From Mobula hypostoma (lineage: Eukaryota): a stretch of 64,000 nucleotides of DNA. Within the stretch, counting starts at the first letter, position 1. Every line of letters starts with the position of its first letter. The notes under the pieces are model-generated. The model made no database searches, was not told the origin of the DNA, and saw only the letters and a list, made by a program, of their open reading frames with translations. Positions 36,863 through 51,710 of the stretch are shown one piece after another. The DNA lies in assembly GCF_963921235.1 (NCBI RefSeq), contig NC_086097.1, positions 30,010,001 to 30,074,000 of the forward strand, given 5' to 3'. Both the position numbers and the translations under genes were made by a program.

Positions 36863-39830
36863 AATGTTAATAAGGGTAGCTAAGAAAGTAAATGGTATGT
36901 TCGCCTTTGTTAGTTGTGGGACTGAGTTCAAGAGCCTCGAGGTAATGTTGCATCCCTGTAAAACCCTGGTTAAACCACACATGGAGTATTGTGTTCAGTT
37001 CAGGTCACCTCATTACAGGAAGGATGTGGAAGCTTTAGAGAGGGTGCAGGGGAGATTTGCCAGGACAATGTCTGGATTAGAGAATTTATCACATGAAGAT
37101 AGGTTGAGCAAGTTAGGTCTTTTCTCTTTGGAGCAAAGGAGGATGAGAGGTGACTTGACAGAGGTACAGTATACATGATAATAAGAGCTATAGAAAGAGT
37201 GGACAACCAGAGGTGTTTTTGCAAGACAGAAATGGCTAATATAAGTGGTCATAATTTTAAGACGTGTGGGCACATGGCCAAGTGGTTAAGGCATTGGGCT
37301 AGCTACCTGAAGGTCGTGAGTTCGAGCTCCAACCGAGGGAACATGTTGTATCCTTGAGCAAGGCACTTAATCACACATTGCTCTGCGACAACACTGGTGC
37401 CAAGCTGTATGGGTCCTAATGCCCTTCCCTTGGACAACATCGGTGTCGTGGAGAGGGGAGACTTGCAGCATGGGCAACTGCAGGTCTTTCATACAACCTT
37501 GCCCAGGCCTGTGTTCTGGAGAGTGAAGACTTTCCAGGCGCAAGACTAACAGATGCCTTATTAATTTTAAGATCATTGGAGGCAAATATAGGGGGGGTGT
37601 CAGAGGTATTTTTCTTTACACAGAGAGCAGTGGATTGATAGAACAGCCTGACAGGGGCGGTGGTAGAGGCAGGTACATTAGGGGCATTTAAGAAAATCTT
37701 AAAATTGGCAGATGGACGATAGAAAAATGGAGGACTATGTAGGAGGGAAGGGATAGATTGATCTAAGAGTAGGTTAAGAAGTGGGCACAACACTGTGGGC
37801 CAACGGGCCCGTACCATGTTGTAATGTTCTACATTCTATGTTGTATAATAGAGGGCATGCATTTAAAGTGAGAGGGGAAAAGTTAAAGGGAGATGTGCAG
37901 GACAAATATTTTTACACAGAGAGTGGTTGAATGGGGTGAAAGGGGTGCTGGTGGAGGCAAATTTAACAGGAATTTAAGAGCAATACACACAAAATGCTGG
38001 AGGAACTCAGCAGGTCGGGCAGCATCTATGGAAATGAATAAACAGTCGGCGTTTCAGGTGGAGACCCCTCACTGGGACTGCAGAAGAAAGGAATTAGGAA
38101 AGCCTGGAAGAGCCAATGAAATGTCTTTGGCAAATAGGATTAAAGAGAATCTCAAGGCATTCTACAGTATATATACATACATCAAGAGCAAGAGGATAAC
38201 AAGGGAGAGGGTGGAACCACTCAAGATAAAGGGAGGATGTTGCTGAGATCCTTAATGAGTATTTTACATCAGTATTACCAAGGAGAAGGACCTGGAGGAC
38301 AGGGAGATCACTGCCACTTGTATTAATATGCCAGGGCATTTCAAGAGGGGTAGGATATACCCCAGGTTATTGAAAGAAGCAAAAGATGAGATTGTTGGGG
38401 TCTTGACCAATATCTTCATGACCTCCCTCACCACAGATATGTCCCGGAGAACTGGCGAGTAGCTAATATTGTTTCATTATTCAAGAAGTGAACCAGGGAT
38501 AATCCTGGAAAGTATAGACCAGTGAGAATCACATCAGTGGTAGGAAAGTTACTGGACAGAATTCTTAGGGATAGAATTTATGAGCATTTGGAAAATCATG
38601 GCTATTTAGGGAGAGCCATTCTGGCTTTGTGCAGGGCAAGTTGTGTCTTGCTAACTTGATTGAAGTTTTTGATGAGGTGACATGTGTGATTGAATTTAGA
38701 GCTGTGGATATTTTCCACCTAGATAGATTTTATTAAGGCATTTGATAAGATTCCTCATGGGAGGCTCATCCAGAAGATTAAGATGCATGGGATCTGTGAT
38801 GAATTGGCCATTTGGATACAGAACTAACTTGCCCATTCGAGACAGAGGGTAGTGGTGGAAGGAACTTATTCTAGCTGGAGGTCTATGATTAGTAGTGTTC
38901 TGCAGGTATCCTGTACTGGAACGTCTGCTATTTGTGATGTATATAAATGACCTGGATGAAAATGTAGATGTGTGGGTTAGTAAGTTTGCAGATAATATGA
39001 AGATTGGTGGTGTTGTGGATTGTGTCGAAGATTGGGAAAGAGTACAGTGGGGTATAAATCAAATGGAGATATGGTTGGAGAAATAGCAGATGGAGTCTGA
39101 CCCAGCCAAATGTGAAGTGTTGCACTTTGGTAGGCCAAATATAAAGAGACAGTATGCTGTTAAGGGAAAGACCCTTAACTACGTTGAGGAGCTGAGGGAT
39201 TTTGGGGTCCAAGTCCATGGCTCTTTGAAAGTGGCTACACAGGTCGATAGGGTGGTTAAGAAGGCATATGACATGCTCACCTTTATTAGTTCAGGCACTG
39301 AGTTCAAAAGTCAGGAAGTTATGTTGTGCTTTATAAAAGTCTAGTTAGGCTATATCCGGAGTATTGTCTACAGTTCTGGCCAGCCCCATTATAGAAAAGA
39401 CGTCAAGGCTTTGGAGAGGGTGCAGATGAGGTTTACCAGGATGCTGCTTGGATAAGAGGGCATGTGGTGTGACAGGATGTTGGACAAGCCTAGGTTGTTT
39501 TCCCCGGAGTGGTGGAGGCTGAGGGGAGATCGGATAGAGGTTTGTAAGATTATGAGAGGTATTTAGTAGACAGTGTTCAGGCAGTATCTCTTCCCCAGGG
39601 TTGACATGTCTAATAATTGGGAGCATGTATTTAAGTTGGGGGGGGGAGGGTCATTTCAAAGGAGATGTGAGAGGCAAGTTTTTTACACAGAGGATAGTTT
39701 GTATAGATGGAAATGGAAAGATATGGACATTGTGTAGGCAGAAGGGATTAATTTATTTGGCCATTTCATTACTAATTTAATTGGTTTGGCACAATGTTGT
39801 GGGCTGAAGGGTCTGTTCCCGTGTTGTACC
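36863..39830 (+). mobile_element. CR1 RT/3' fragments (36863-~37930 and ~38100-39830)
   Basis: KPHMEYCVQFRSPHYRKD; YINDLDENV...KFADNMKIGG; KCEVLHFG; DFGVQVHGSLK. Confidence 0.8.
37263..37561 (+). mobile_element. tRNA-SINE, full length
   Basis: A and B boxes. 11-bp TSD taattttaaga (37252-37262, 37562-37572). Confidence 0.9.
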
Positions 39831-40692
39831 CTTCAATAGTCCCCTACTATGATCTCGATGGGTCAAGAGGACATGTCAGTACTTCATAACTGTCATGACA
39901 GTCTGTGCGTTCACCACACCCCCAGACAGTGCATTCCAGACTCCAACCATCTTCCAGGTGATAAAAATATTCCCCATTTCCTCTCTGAACCTTATTCCCC
40001 ATAAACCTCTGTTCTCCAGTAGGAGTACAGTCTCTGCTGTAGGGGATAGTTTTCAGTTATCTACCCTATTGATGTGCTTCACCATTCTGTCTATCTTGCT
40101 TCAAAGGTAAGTCTCCGCACATCACGGAAACCAGCATCCCCTCCATGGACTCTGTCTACACCTCACTGCATCAGTAAAGCAGCCAGCGTAATCAAAGACC
40201 CAACCCAACCAGAACATTATGTCTTCTCCTCTCTCCCTTGGACAGAAGATACAAAAGTCTGAAAGTACATACCAGCAGGCTCAAGGATTCAAAGATTTTA
40301 TCCCACTGTAATAAGACTATTGACTTAATCTATTTCATTATGACCTTGCACCTTATTCTCAGCCTGCACTGCACTTTCTCTATAACTGTTACACTTTAAT
40401 CTGTATTCTCTTGTTTTCGCCGTGTACTACCTCAATTGTTGTAATGAAATGATCTGCAAGACAAGTTTTTCACTATACATGTGACAATAATAAACCATTT
40501 TACTAATTTAATTTTAGTTCACTGTTTATCAAATTATCCTTCACTAGGCAGTTTGGTTGCCGCAGCATCAGGGTTAACAATATTAAAGCATTTGACATGT
40601 TTAATTCCTTGAGGCTGTGAAGAAACTGCTGTCTCAAAGATTATTGTTCATTGCCACAGAATATCTCCTTTAATCTCCATTACAACATAAGC

Positions 40693-40886
40693 AACATACA
40701 TCAAAGTTGCTGGTGAACTTCCTTACTCACTCTTCCTTCAGTTAGTCCTGACGAAGGGTCTCGGCCTGAAACGTCGACTGCACCTCTTCCTACAGATGCT
40801 GCTTGGCCTGCTGCGTTCACCAGCAACTTTGATGTATGTTGCTTGAATTTCCAGCATCTGCAGAATTCCTGTTGTTTGCGTTCAAA
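40693..40886 (+). mobile_element. Short young Penelope pLTR insertion with inverted 5' segment
   Basis: Perfect 14-bp TSD attacaacataagc (40679-40692, 40887-40900). 40693-40718 is inverted. The remainder is nearly identical to 15200-15368. Confidence 0.92.
40743..40780 (+). ncRNA. Minimal type I hammerhead ribozyme, intact core
   Basis: TAGTC CTGACGA A GGGTCTCGGCCT GAAAC GTC GACTG. Confidence 0.82.
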
Positions 40887-42749
40887 ATTACAACATAAGC
40901 CATCATTCCCGTTAAATATCATTTATATTTTATGTTGACATCCTATGAATGTGCTGTTGGAATATTTACTTTTCCAAAGGTCATTTCAAATGCTTAAGTA
41001 TGTAATTATTCATACCACAGTTACACAGTCAGAACACACGCTCACCAAGAATGCCAGCCCACCTTTAATTAAGGCGCTAATGTATTTTTTCCACTGCCTT
41101 GAACTCAAATAACCAAAAACAAAATATCTCTTACTTTGGAAGCAGCCCAGCGATCCAAATATTGTTTTAAATTTTCCAAAGAAACCGTAACAAAACTGTT
41201 GATGCTGGAATCTGGAGCAACAAACAATCTCTTGGTGTCTGTGGAGGGGAGAAGGAATTGTTGATGTTTTGGATTGAAATTCTGAATCATGACAGTATAT
41301 TGCTATTTCCCCTTATTTCCCTTTAGCTCTAAAACTTAGTCAAGGTCATACAGCACAGAAACAGGCCCCTCAGCCCAACTCATTCATGCCAACCAAGTGG
41401 CCTACCTGAGCTAGATCTATTTGCTCATGTTTGGAACATATTCCTCTAAACCTTTCCTATCTTGTACCGATTTATGTAAGTACCTTTTGAAGGTTGTTAT
41501 TGTATCAGCATCAGATTTAATGTTACTTACATATGCAATGGAATTTGTAGTTTTGCCATTTATATATAATAAATGGATTGTGCAGAAGGAGAGCAACAGT
41601 AGTTGCATCGCCATGTGGATTGGAAAAGCTGCAGAGGGTTGTAGACTCAGGCACTCCATCGTGGGCACGAGTCTCCTCAGCATCGAGTACATTCTCAGAA
41701 AGGCAGCATCCATCATGAAGGACCCTCACCACTCAGTACACGCCCTCTTCTCAGGTACAGGAGCCTGAGCATCTGTGGCTTTAGGAACAGCTTCTTCCAC
41801 GATCAGATTTATGAACGGTCCACAAGAACACTGCCTAATTTAATATTCTTACCATGCATTGCACTACATAGCTGCTGCAAAACAGCAAGTTTCACTGCAT
41901 TAAAGATTAAAGATTAGCTTTATTTGTCACAAGTGTGTTGAAATATCGAGACATACAGTGAAATGTGTCATTTGTATCAACAACCAACACAGTCCAAAGA
42001 TGTGCCGGGGGCAGTCTGCAAGTGTCACCATAGAATGCCCACGGCTCACTAAACCTGGCCCATAAGTCTTTGGAATGTGGGAGGAAACTGGAGCACCAGG
42101 AGGAAACCCATGCGGTCATACAAACTGCTTATGGTCAGCGATGGGAATTGAACCCAGATCACTGGCACTGTAAAGCATTACACTAACCACTGTCCTACTG
42201 AGCCACCCTGCTGGTTTATTATTGCCATCAGTGATAATCTGATTCTGAGCTTACATTTCCCCTTCTTGCTATCCTCCATAAAATATTTCACTGTGTACTG
42301 TTGGGTTCTCAGCTTCATTTACCAGAGGTTCACATGGTATTAGTCCATGGCAACTTGTGCCCAGCCACTCTCACGCAATAATGCAGAGACTATCCTGGTG
42401 CCTGCTAAGCATGATGTCAGGCACCAAACAAACCCTTACAGCGATTGTGAGGGTGGGGATCCTTGAATCAATATTATTTACTGTGAATAAGAACAACAAG
42501 GGATTTCAGCAAATATATCTCTGATAATGCTGCAGTAATGTTAAACCACAGATTTAATATAAAAAAAACAGGTTGTTTGATTCCAAGGCTATAAATCTTG
42601 GAAGTGGATAGTGTAGTAAGGAAACTGCAGAAGGGCATGTTGTTAATCCTATCAACCATCCCACAGCTGCATTCACTTCCTGAGAACTTTTACACAAATG
42701 CAAAAGCAGGAGGGGATTTCACCGCCTGGGGCTCTGCCAGACCTATAAA

Positions 42750-45700
42750 GTCACAGAGCAGTGCAGCACAGAAACATGCCCTTCGGCCCATCTCATACAT
42801 ATTGAACCATTATTTTGTCTAGACCCACCAACCGGCATCTGGACCATAGCCCTCCTCACCCCTCCCATCCATGTACCTATCCAAAATTTCTCTTAAATGT
42901 TACATTCAAACCTGCATCCACCACTGGCAGCTCCCTTTACCTTCTAAGTGAAGAAGCTTGCCCCCCTCAGGTTCCCCTTAAATATTTCTCTCTTCATCCT
43001 TAACCTATAGCCTCTAGCTGTAGTCTCACCCAACCTCAGCAGATAAAACCTGCTTGTATTCATCCAATCTATACCCCATATAATTCAGTATACCTCTCTC
43101 AAATCTCCTCTCATTCGCCTACGCTCCAGGGAATAAAATCCTAACCTATTCAACCTTTCCCTATAACTCAGGCCCTCGAGTCCCGGTGGCATCCTTATAA
43201 ATTTTCTCTGTACTCTTTCAAGCTTATTGATGTTGAAGGAAAACATAATCTGTGACCTGTCTCCATCTCACCACCTTTTCCCAAATTCCTAAATGACCCT
43301 GGTTAACAAAACTTAGAATGCAGAACACAGAACAATGAAGCACAGGAACAGGCCCTTCAGCCCATGATGGCTCTGTTGAACATTATGCCAAATTTAATTA
43401 AATCTCTTCTGCCTACACGTAAACTATATCCCTCCATTCCTTGTATATTCATAAGTCTAACTAACAGCCTCTTAAATGCCTCGATCGTATCTGCCTTTGC
43501 CACCACCCCTGGTAGCACAATCCAGGCACCCACCATACTTCTTCCCCCTTCCTTTCCAGTCCTGATGAAGAATCTCAGCCCAAAAGGTCGATTGTTTGTT
43601 TCTGTTTGGTGCTGCCTGACCTGCTGAGTTCCGCCAGCACTTTGTGTTGGAATATTGCGTTCAGTTCTGGGTCGTCTCATTATAGGAAGGATGTGGAAGC
43701 TTTAGAGAGGGCGCAGAGGAGAGTTACTGGGAACATAGAACATAGAATAGTACAGCACAGTACAGGGCCTTCAGTCCACAATGTTGTGCCGACCCTCAAA
43801 CCCTGCCTCCCATATAACCCCCCACCTTAAATTCCTCCATATACCTGTCTAGTAGTCTCTTAAATTTCACTAGTGTATCTGCCTCCACCACTGACTCAGG
43901 CAGTGCATTCCATGCACCAACAATTCTCTGAGTAAAAAAAAACCTTCCTCTAATATCCCCCTTGTACTTCCCACCCCTTACCTTAAAGCCATGTCCTCTT
44001 GTATTGAGCAGTGGTGCCCTGGGGAAGAGGCACTGGCTGTCCGCTCTATCTATTCCTCTTAATATCTTGTACACCTCTATCATGTCTCCTCTCATCCTCT
44101 TCTCTCCAAAGAGTAAAGCCCTACCCCCCTTAATCTGTGATCATACCTTACTTTCCATTTTTCTATTTTCTATTTATGATTTATAATTTAAATTTTTAAT
44201 ATTTACTATCGATTTGTAATCCAGGGAGCGGGAAGCGCAGAATCAAATATCACTATGATGATAGTATGTTCTAGTATCAATTGTTTGGTGACAAAGTATA
44301 AAGTATACTCTCTAAACCAGGCAGCACCCTGGTAAATCTCCTCTGTACCCTTTCCAATGCTTCCACATCCCTCCTATTGTGAGGCGACCAGAACTGGACA
44401 CAGTATATGGAATATGGATTAGAAAGCATGTCCTATGAGGATAGGTTAAGTGAGCTTGAGCTTTCTTCTTTGGAGCGAAAGAGGATGAGAGGTGATTTGA
44501 TAGGGATGTATTAGATGATATGAGGCATATATCAGGTGCATAGCAAGACACTTTTTCCCAGGCTAATATAAGGCAGCATCATTTTAAGCTGATTGGAGGG
44601 AAGTATAGGAGGGATGTCAGAGTTAATTTTTTTATACAGAGAGTGATGAGTGTGTGGAACACCCTGGCAGGAGTGGTGGCACAGACAAATATATTAGAGA
44701 AATTTAAGAAATACTTAGATTGGCACATGGATGATAGAAAACTAGACAGCTTTTTAGAAGGGAAGGGTTAGATTGATCTTAGAGCAGGTGTAAAGGTTGG
44801 CATAACATTGTGGACCAGAGGGCCCATACTATACTGTTCTATGTTCTGCACCAGCTCCTTATCACCATCCTACGTAGATGCCATTTTTGATGCAATGGCT
44901 AAGAAAGCTCACCAACGCCTCTTCTTCATTGGAAGGCTAAGAATATTCAGCATGTTCCCTCTGACCCGCACCCATTTTTATTGATGCACCACATCCTATC
45001 TGGATGCATAATGGCTTGGGATGGCAACTGCTCTGCACGTGACCACAAGGAACTGTGGAGAGTTGTGGATGCAGTTCAGAACATCACAGGAATCAGCTTT
45101 CCCTCCATGGACACTGTCTACGCTTTTTACTGCCTTCAGTAGAGCAGCCAGCATAGTCAAAGACCCCACCCACCCTGAACATTTTCTCTTCTCCCCTCTG
45201 CCATTGGGCAGAGGTTACAAAAGCCTGAAAATACATACCATCTGGCTCAAGGACAGCTTCTACCCTGCTGACTGTCAATCTCCCTGACGCACCAAGCTCC
45301 TCAAATTCTTTTATGTGTTGATCTAGATCTGTGATCTCGTGTCCCCACTAAAAATGCAACCAGAATCTCCCTACAATGGAAACTGACACTGAGAAGTTAG
45401 CAGAAGCTGTGAGGAAATGGAAGAGTTAATATTTTATTTGTATAGACCTAACAAAAAACCACTTTAAAATGTTCCTGCATGACGTACCTTGCAAAGTCAC
45501 TGCGGCATTTAGTGAGGAGGTATGTAGGCGGGTATGAGATCAGGCAAGGTGTGGGATCAGTCCATGTAAAGGCCAGATATTTTGTAAAATAATTGTTTAA
45601 ATTATTGCTATGCTTCCCTTAAGTAGTTTATACATGCCGAATGTTGGGCAATGCATTTTCCTCTTTTAAAGAGTGACACAGTAGCATAACAGGACAGAAC

Positions 45701-47560
45701 ATTGGCGTCAGAGTTCAATTACCGCCGCCGTCTGTAAGGAGTTTGTATATTCTCCGTCTTGGTTTCCTCTAAAGATGTATGGATTAGGGTTAGTAAGTTG
45801 TGGGCATACTATATTGGCACCAGAAGCATGACGACACCTATGGGCTGCCCCAGAACAATGTGTTGGTCGATGGCACAAAATTACGCATTTCAGTTCGCTG
45901 CTTCGATGTGCATGTGACAAATAAAGCTAATGTACAAACTTGGTTGTTTTCTTTGGAGCGGCGGAGGCTGAGGGGTGATCTGATAGAGGTTTATAAAATT
46001 ATGAGATGCATAGATAGAGTAGACATGGAGTATCTTTTTCCCAGAGCTGAAATGTTAAATACCAGAGGGCATGCATTGAAGGTGAGAGGAGGTCGGTTCA
46101 AAGGGGGTGTGAGGGGAAAGTTTTTTTTACTCAGAGTGTGGTGGATGCATGGAGTGCACTGTCTGGTGTGGTGGTAGAGGCAAATACATTGGATGTTTTT
46201 AAGAGATGTTTAGGTCAGCACATGAATGTGAGGATGTTGGAGGGATATGGGCATTGTGTAGGTAGTAGGGATTACTTTTTGGGATTTTTAAATGTACTTT
46301 CTGGCTGCTTCAGCGCGACATTGTGGGCAGAATAGCCTGTTCCTGTGCTGTACTGTTGTATATATGTTCTATGTTACCTTTCTCTTTTATTTTCCAAAAT
46401 AGAAACTTGCTTCTTGTTTATTCTCTTCATTTTCCAAGATAGAAACTTGCTTCTTGTTTATTGAAATCCATGCTGACTTTTGTTTTAACAGTGCAACGTT
46501 AGTGCAAGTCAGATTGGTAGGTGATCTTTTCTGATGTTTTATAGTTTATGTGTTATTTGTGAGGCCATGGCACCTCTGTCTTCAGGGACTCATTGAGTTA
46601 TAGAGCTCAGAAACAAGCCCTTTGGTCCAACTCATCCATGCTGAACAAGGTACCAACCAAAGCTAGTCTCACTTGCCCAAGTTTAGCCCATATCTCTCCA
46701 AATCATTTCTATCCATTCTATGTACTGTACCTCTTCAGGTATCTTTCCAATGTCCATGCCTCAATGAACCTAAACCATCAACTGTCCGCTTCCCTTTAGA
46801 GACACTGCCTGACCCACTGAGTTCCTTCAGCACATTGTGTGTTTGTCCAGTTTCCAGCATCTGCTGTCTCCTGTGCCTATTGTCTTTTAAATGGTGTTAT
46901 TGTACCTGGTTCAGTCACTTCCTTTGGCAGCTTGTTCCATATACCTACCACCCTCTGCATGAAGAAGTTGCCCTTCATTTAAATCTCTCCAATCTCACCT
47001 TAACCCTATTCCCTCTATTTTTTGACCCCCTTCTCCGAGAAAAAAAAATGTATTCACCCTATCTATGTGCCTCATGATTTTATACACCTCAATGAGGTCA
47101 CCCCTCAGTCTCCTACCCTCCAAGGAATAAAGACCTAGCCTCCTAACCTATAATTCAGGCCCACAAGTCCCGGCAATCTCCTTGCAAATCTTTGCACTCT
47201 TTCCAACACATTGAAGTCCTTCAGATAGCAAGGCGATCAAAACTGAACAGAATACTTCAAGTGCAAACTCAACAACATCTTTATCACATGGACATTGAAA
47301 CACACAGTGAAATGAGTCATTTGCTGAAACAACCAACACAACCTAAGGATGTGCTAGGGGCAGCCCACAGGTGTCATCACATATTCCAGTGCCAACATTC
47401 CAGGGCAGTCTGCCTTTGGGCCTTCAGACCTTGGCCCCAGACTCTCAGGCTTGTAGACTTCAGGATTCTGAAGTGTGAACAATCCTGCCCCAACTCCTAT
47501 ATTCAGTACCCTGACTAATGAAGGCCAGCATGTCAAACACTGCATTCACCACCCTGTCAG
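42750..47560. mobile_element. Cluster of CR1 3' fragments on both strands, with a Rex1 fragment (~44880-45270 +) and SINE pieces
   Basis: RGDMIEVYKILRGIDR...TRGHGFKV at 43796-44095 (-) and 45940-46130 (+). Rex1-type HPEHFLFSPLPLGRGYKS...LKDSFYP at 45021-45287. Confidence 0.7.
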
Positions 47561-49784
47561 CCATGATACCCCTATTGGGAATCTGTGTACTGTTCAGTAA
47601 AATGTCCTTCCTTTGCCACATGGGAGATTCTAGCTGGCTCCACTATCCCAGACAACCACTTGCACAGGCATGTCTTCAGCCTGAGCTCTGCACTCCAGTC
47701 CCCATTCTGGCTCCCCTCTCATCCCTTCTTTTCTCCTCACCTGCCCATCACCTTCCTCTAGCTTGCCTCCCCCTTCCCTTTCTCACATGGTGTTCTCTCC
47801 TCTCCTTCTTCAGCCCTTTATCTTTACCACCCAACACCTCCCAGCTTCTTACTTCATCCCTCACTTCCCCCTCACCTGGTCTTACCCAACACCTTCCTCT
47901 TTCTCTTCCCCTTTTCTTTTCAGTCCTGATGAGGGGCCTCAGCCTGAAATGTTGCTTGTTTATTCCCCCCTGTATAGATGCTGCCTGACCTGCTGAGTTC
48001 CCACAGTATTTTGTATGGTGTTGCTCGGGATTTCCAGCATCTGCAGTATCTCTTGCTTTTCTGGTCTAGTGTGCTGTGTACACTTTTGATACAGGAAGGG
48101 TATAAGCGTGTGATTGCAGTTCGGGGAAGATCAACTGAATTCATACCCCTGGAATGAGCAGGCTGCCTAATGGGGTTAGATCGCACTAGTTATGTTGGTT
48201 CCGTGGGAGTTCAATGAAAGGGTGATCGATTGAAATACTCAAGGTACTGAGGGTCTTGACAGGTTAGAGGCAGACTGGATGTTTCCTCCTTTGAAAGAAA
48301 CTCGAACCATTTAAGACAGATCATTTTTCTCAGTCTGAGGTGCATGAATTGTTGTAACTCTTGATCATAAAAGCTGGTGGAAGTCAAGTTTTTCCAATAT
48401 TTTTAAGAATGACAAATAGATTCTTAATAAGGAAATGGATGGAGTTGTGAAAGCCTTTAAAAAGGCAAGTTTTTATTATTATTTGCAAGATTTGTTGTGC
48501 ACATTGGTTGCTTGTCAGTCTTGGTTTATGTATAGTTTTTCATAAATTCTATTGTATTTCTTTATTTTCCTGTAAATGAATCTCAATGTACATACTTGCG
48601 CATACTTTGATAATAAATTTGACTTTGAGTAGGACAGGAAGGTTGAGCTTGCAAACAGATGAAATATGATCTTATTAGTTATGTAGCAATCTGAGTCACC
48701 CATTCCTGTTTCCATTTCCAGGTAACCTATGTTCCTCACCCTCTCACCACCCACTGTCTCTTCCTGCCATTGCTTATACTCTAGCTGGGCAATGTCAACG
48801 GTGGTGAGACTGAGGTTCAGATCTCAAAACCACAGTCATGATCTTCTACCAACCTCCTTCTGTGGACTCGGTCTGCACTTCCGTTGCCTCGGGAAAGCAG
48901 TCAGCATAATCAAGGACCCTTCCCACCCCAGGAGACAGTAGGATGTGCAGACAGAGTCCATGGAGGGGTACTTCTCCCTCTTGGACTGAAGGTACAAAAG
49001 CTTGAGACCATGTACTGCATGGCTCGAGGACAACTTCTACCCTGCTGTTGTAAGACTCTTGAAAGGACATCTGATATGATAAAGATGAACTCTTGACCTC
49101 ACAATCTGCCTTATTGTTGCCCTTACACTTTGTCTGCAACCCTATGCTCTGCATTCTTTTGTTCCTTTTTACTACATTAATTACTACATTAATTTACTAA
49201 TTAAAGTATACACTGATCTGTCGTGATAGTACACAAAAGCTTTTTACCATATCTTAGTACGTGACAATAATAAATCAATACTATCTACCCTACATTAAAC
49301 CCACGTTATATTCTCCTCACATTCCCATCAACTCCCCATAATTTGACACCTCACCTACACACTAGGGCCAATTTACAGTGGCCATATAACCTATCCATAC
49401 AATTCAGCAGATACACTATATTGTGCATTCTGTTCTAGCTTCTCCTTTTGTACTACCTCATTGTACATGTATTAAGTGATCTGCCTGGATGGCATTCAAA
49501 GATTTTTCCATTGTATATGTGCCAATAATAAATTAGTTACCATTAACTAATAGTTTGATAGTTCCATTTAATATCAGAGAAATGTATGCAATATACATCC
49601 TGAAATACTTGTTCTTCGCAGACATCCATGAAAACAGAAGAGTGCCCCAAAGAATGAGTGACATTTAAAGCGTTAGAACCCCAAAGCCCCCCCCCAAAAA
49701 AAAACTATCTAATGTGACATTTGTATCGAATGTGAAAGAAGTATCATAGGAACAGTAGATAGGGTCACAAGTAGAATATTTGGC

Positions 49785-51710
49785 ACAAAGGCCTTCATAA
49801 ATCAAAGTACTGAGTACAGATGTTGGGATGTAATGTTGAAATTGTATAAGATGTTGGGAAGGTGTGCATGGGAAAGATATCGATAAGATTTAAAGAGTAC
49901 AAAGGACTTTTACAAGGATTTTGCCAGGACTTGAGGAGCTGACTTATAGGGAAAAGTTGAATAGGTTAGGTCTTTAATCCCTGGAGTGTAGGAGAATGTG
50001 GGGGAGATTTGATAGAGGTTGTACAAAATTATGAAGGGTATAGACAGGATAAATGCAAGCAGGCTTTTCCCCCCACTGAAATTGGGTGAGATCTGAAATA
50101 GAGGTCATAGATTAAGGGTGAAAGGGGAAATATTTCAGGGAAATCTTCTTCACTCAAAAGGTAGTGCAAGTGTGGAACGAGCTGCCAGTGGAAGTAGTGG
50201 ATGCAGGTTTGAGTGCAACATTTAAGAGAAGTTTGAATAAGTACATGGATAGGAGGGGTATGGAGGCCTACAATCTGGGTGCAGGTTGATAAGATGAGGC
50301 AGAGTAACAGTCCAGCACAGACCAGATGGGCGGAAGGACTTGTTTCTGTGCTGTCCTGTTCTATGATTAATCATGGCTTTTTGCCCCAAGTCAGCAAGGG
50401 GCCTAACTCATGAATAGTGGTAATTTGAAATCGTTAAAGAAGAAATAGTGAGGCATCCGGAAAGAAATGGATCCATCAGGCAGATGCAGCATGGATTCAG
50501 CAAAGACAGGTCCTGGTTAACAAACTTTGAGGATATAACAAGCGCAGTGGATAGAGGGGAGCAGATGCACATCATTTACTTGGATTTCCAGAAGGGGTTT
50601 GATAAGGTGCCCCAGAAAAGGTTTATCCATAAGGATGCGTAGAGTTGGGGCTAATGTATTAGCATGGATAGAGGATTGTTTAACTAATAGAAAGCAGAGA
50701 ATTGGGATACATGGGTGTTACTCTGGTTGGCAATCAGTTGTGTGGTGTGCCGCAGGGGTTGGTGCTGGGCCCGCAACAGTTCATGATATACATTAACAAT
50801 ACTGAGGAGGGGACCGAGTATAGTGTATCTAAGTTTGCTGATGATACTAAATTGACTGGAAAAGCAAATTGTGCAGAAGACATAGATAGGTTAAGTGAGT
50901 AGGCAAACGTCTGGCAGATGGAGTACAATGTTGGTAAATGCAAAATCATCCACTTTGGAAGGAAAAATGAAAGAGCAAATCATTCCTTTAATAGTAAAAA
51001 ATTGCACCATGCTGTTGTGCAGAGGGTCTTGGGAGTGTTTGTGCATGAATCACAAGAGGTTGGTTTGCAGATGCAGCAGGCTATCAAAAAGTGCTAGAGG
51101 GATTGAATTTAAGAGCAGGGAAGTTATGCTGCAACTGTACAGGGTGAAGTCACCCTGGAGTAGTACATGCAGTTCTGGTCTCCTTACTTGCGGAAGGATC
51201 TACTGGCCGTGGAAGCAGTGCAGAGGAGGTTCACCAGGTTGATTCCAGAAATGAGGGGGTTAGACTATGAGGAGAGATTGAGTTGCCTGGGACTGTACTC
51301 ACTGGAATTCAGAAGAATGAGAGGAGATGTTATAGAACTTGTACAATTATGTAAGGGATAGATAAAATAGAGGCAGAAAAGTTGTTTCCACTGGTACATG
51401 GGGCTAGAACTACGGAATATAGCCTCAAGATTCCGGGGAGTAGATTTAGGACAGGGATGAGGAGGAACTGCTTTTCCCAAAAAGTGGTGAATCTGTGGAA
51501 TTATCTGCCCAATGAAGCAGGGGAGGCTACCTCAGTAAATATATTTAAGACAAGTTTGGATAGATTTTGCATAGAAAGGGAATTAAGGGCTATGGGGGAA
51601 AGATAGGTAGGTGGAGATAATGCCAGATCAGCAATGATCTGATTGAATGGCAGAGTAGGCTTGATGGACCAGATGGCCTACTTCTGCTCCTCTTTCTTAT
51701 GTTCTTAATG
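49785..51710 (+). mobile_element. Two CR1 RT/3' fragments (49785-50370, 50430-51710)
   Basis: [45 protein letters not shown]. Confidence 0.82.
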
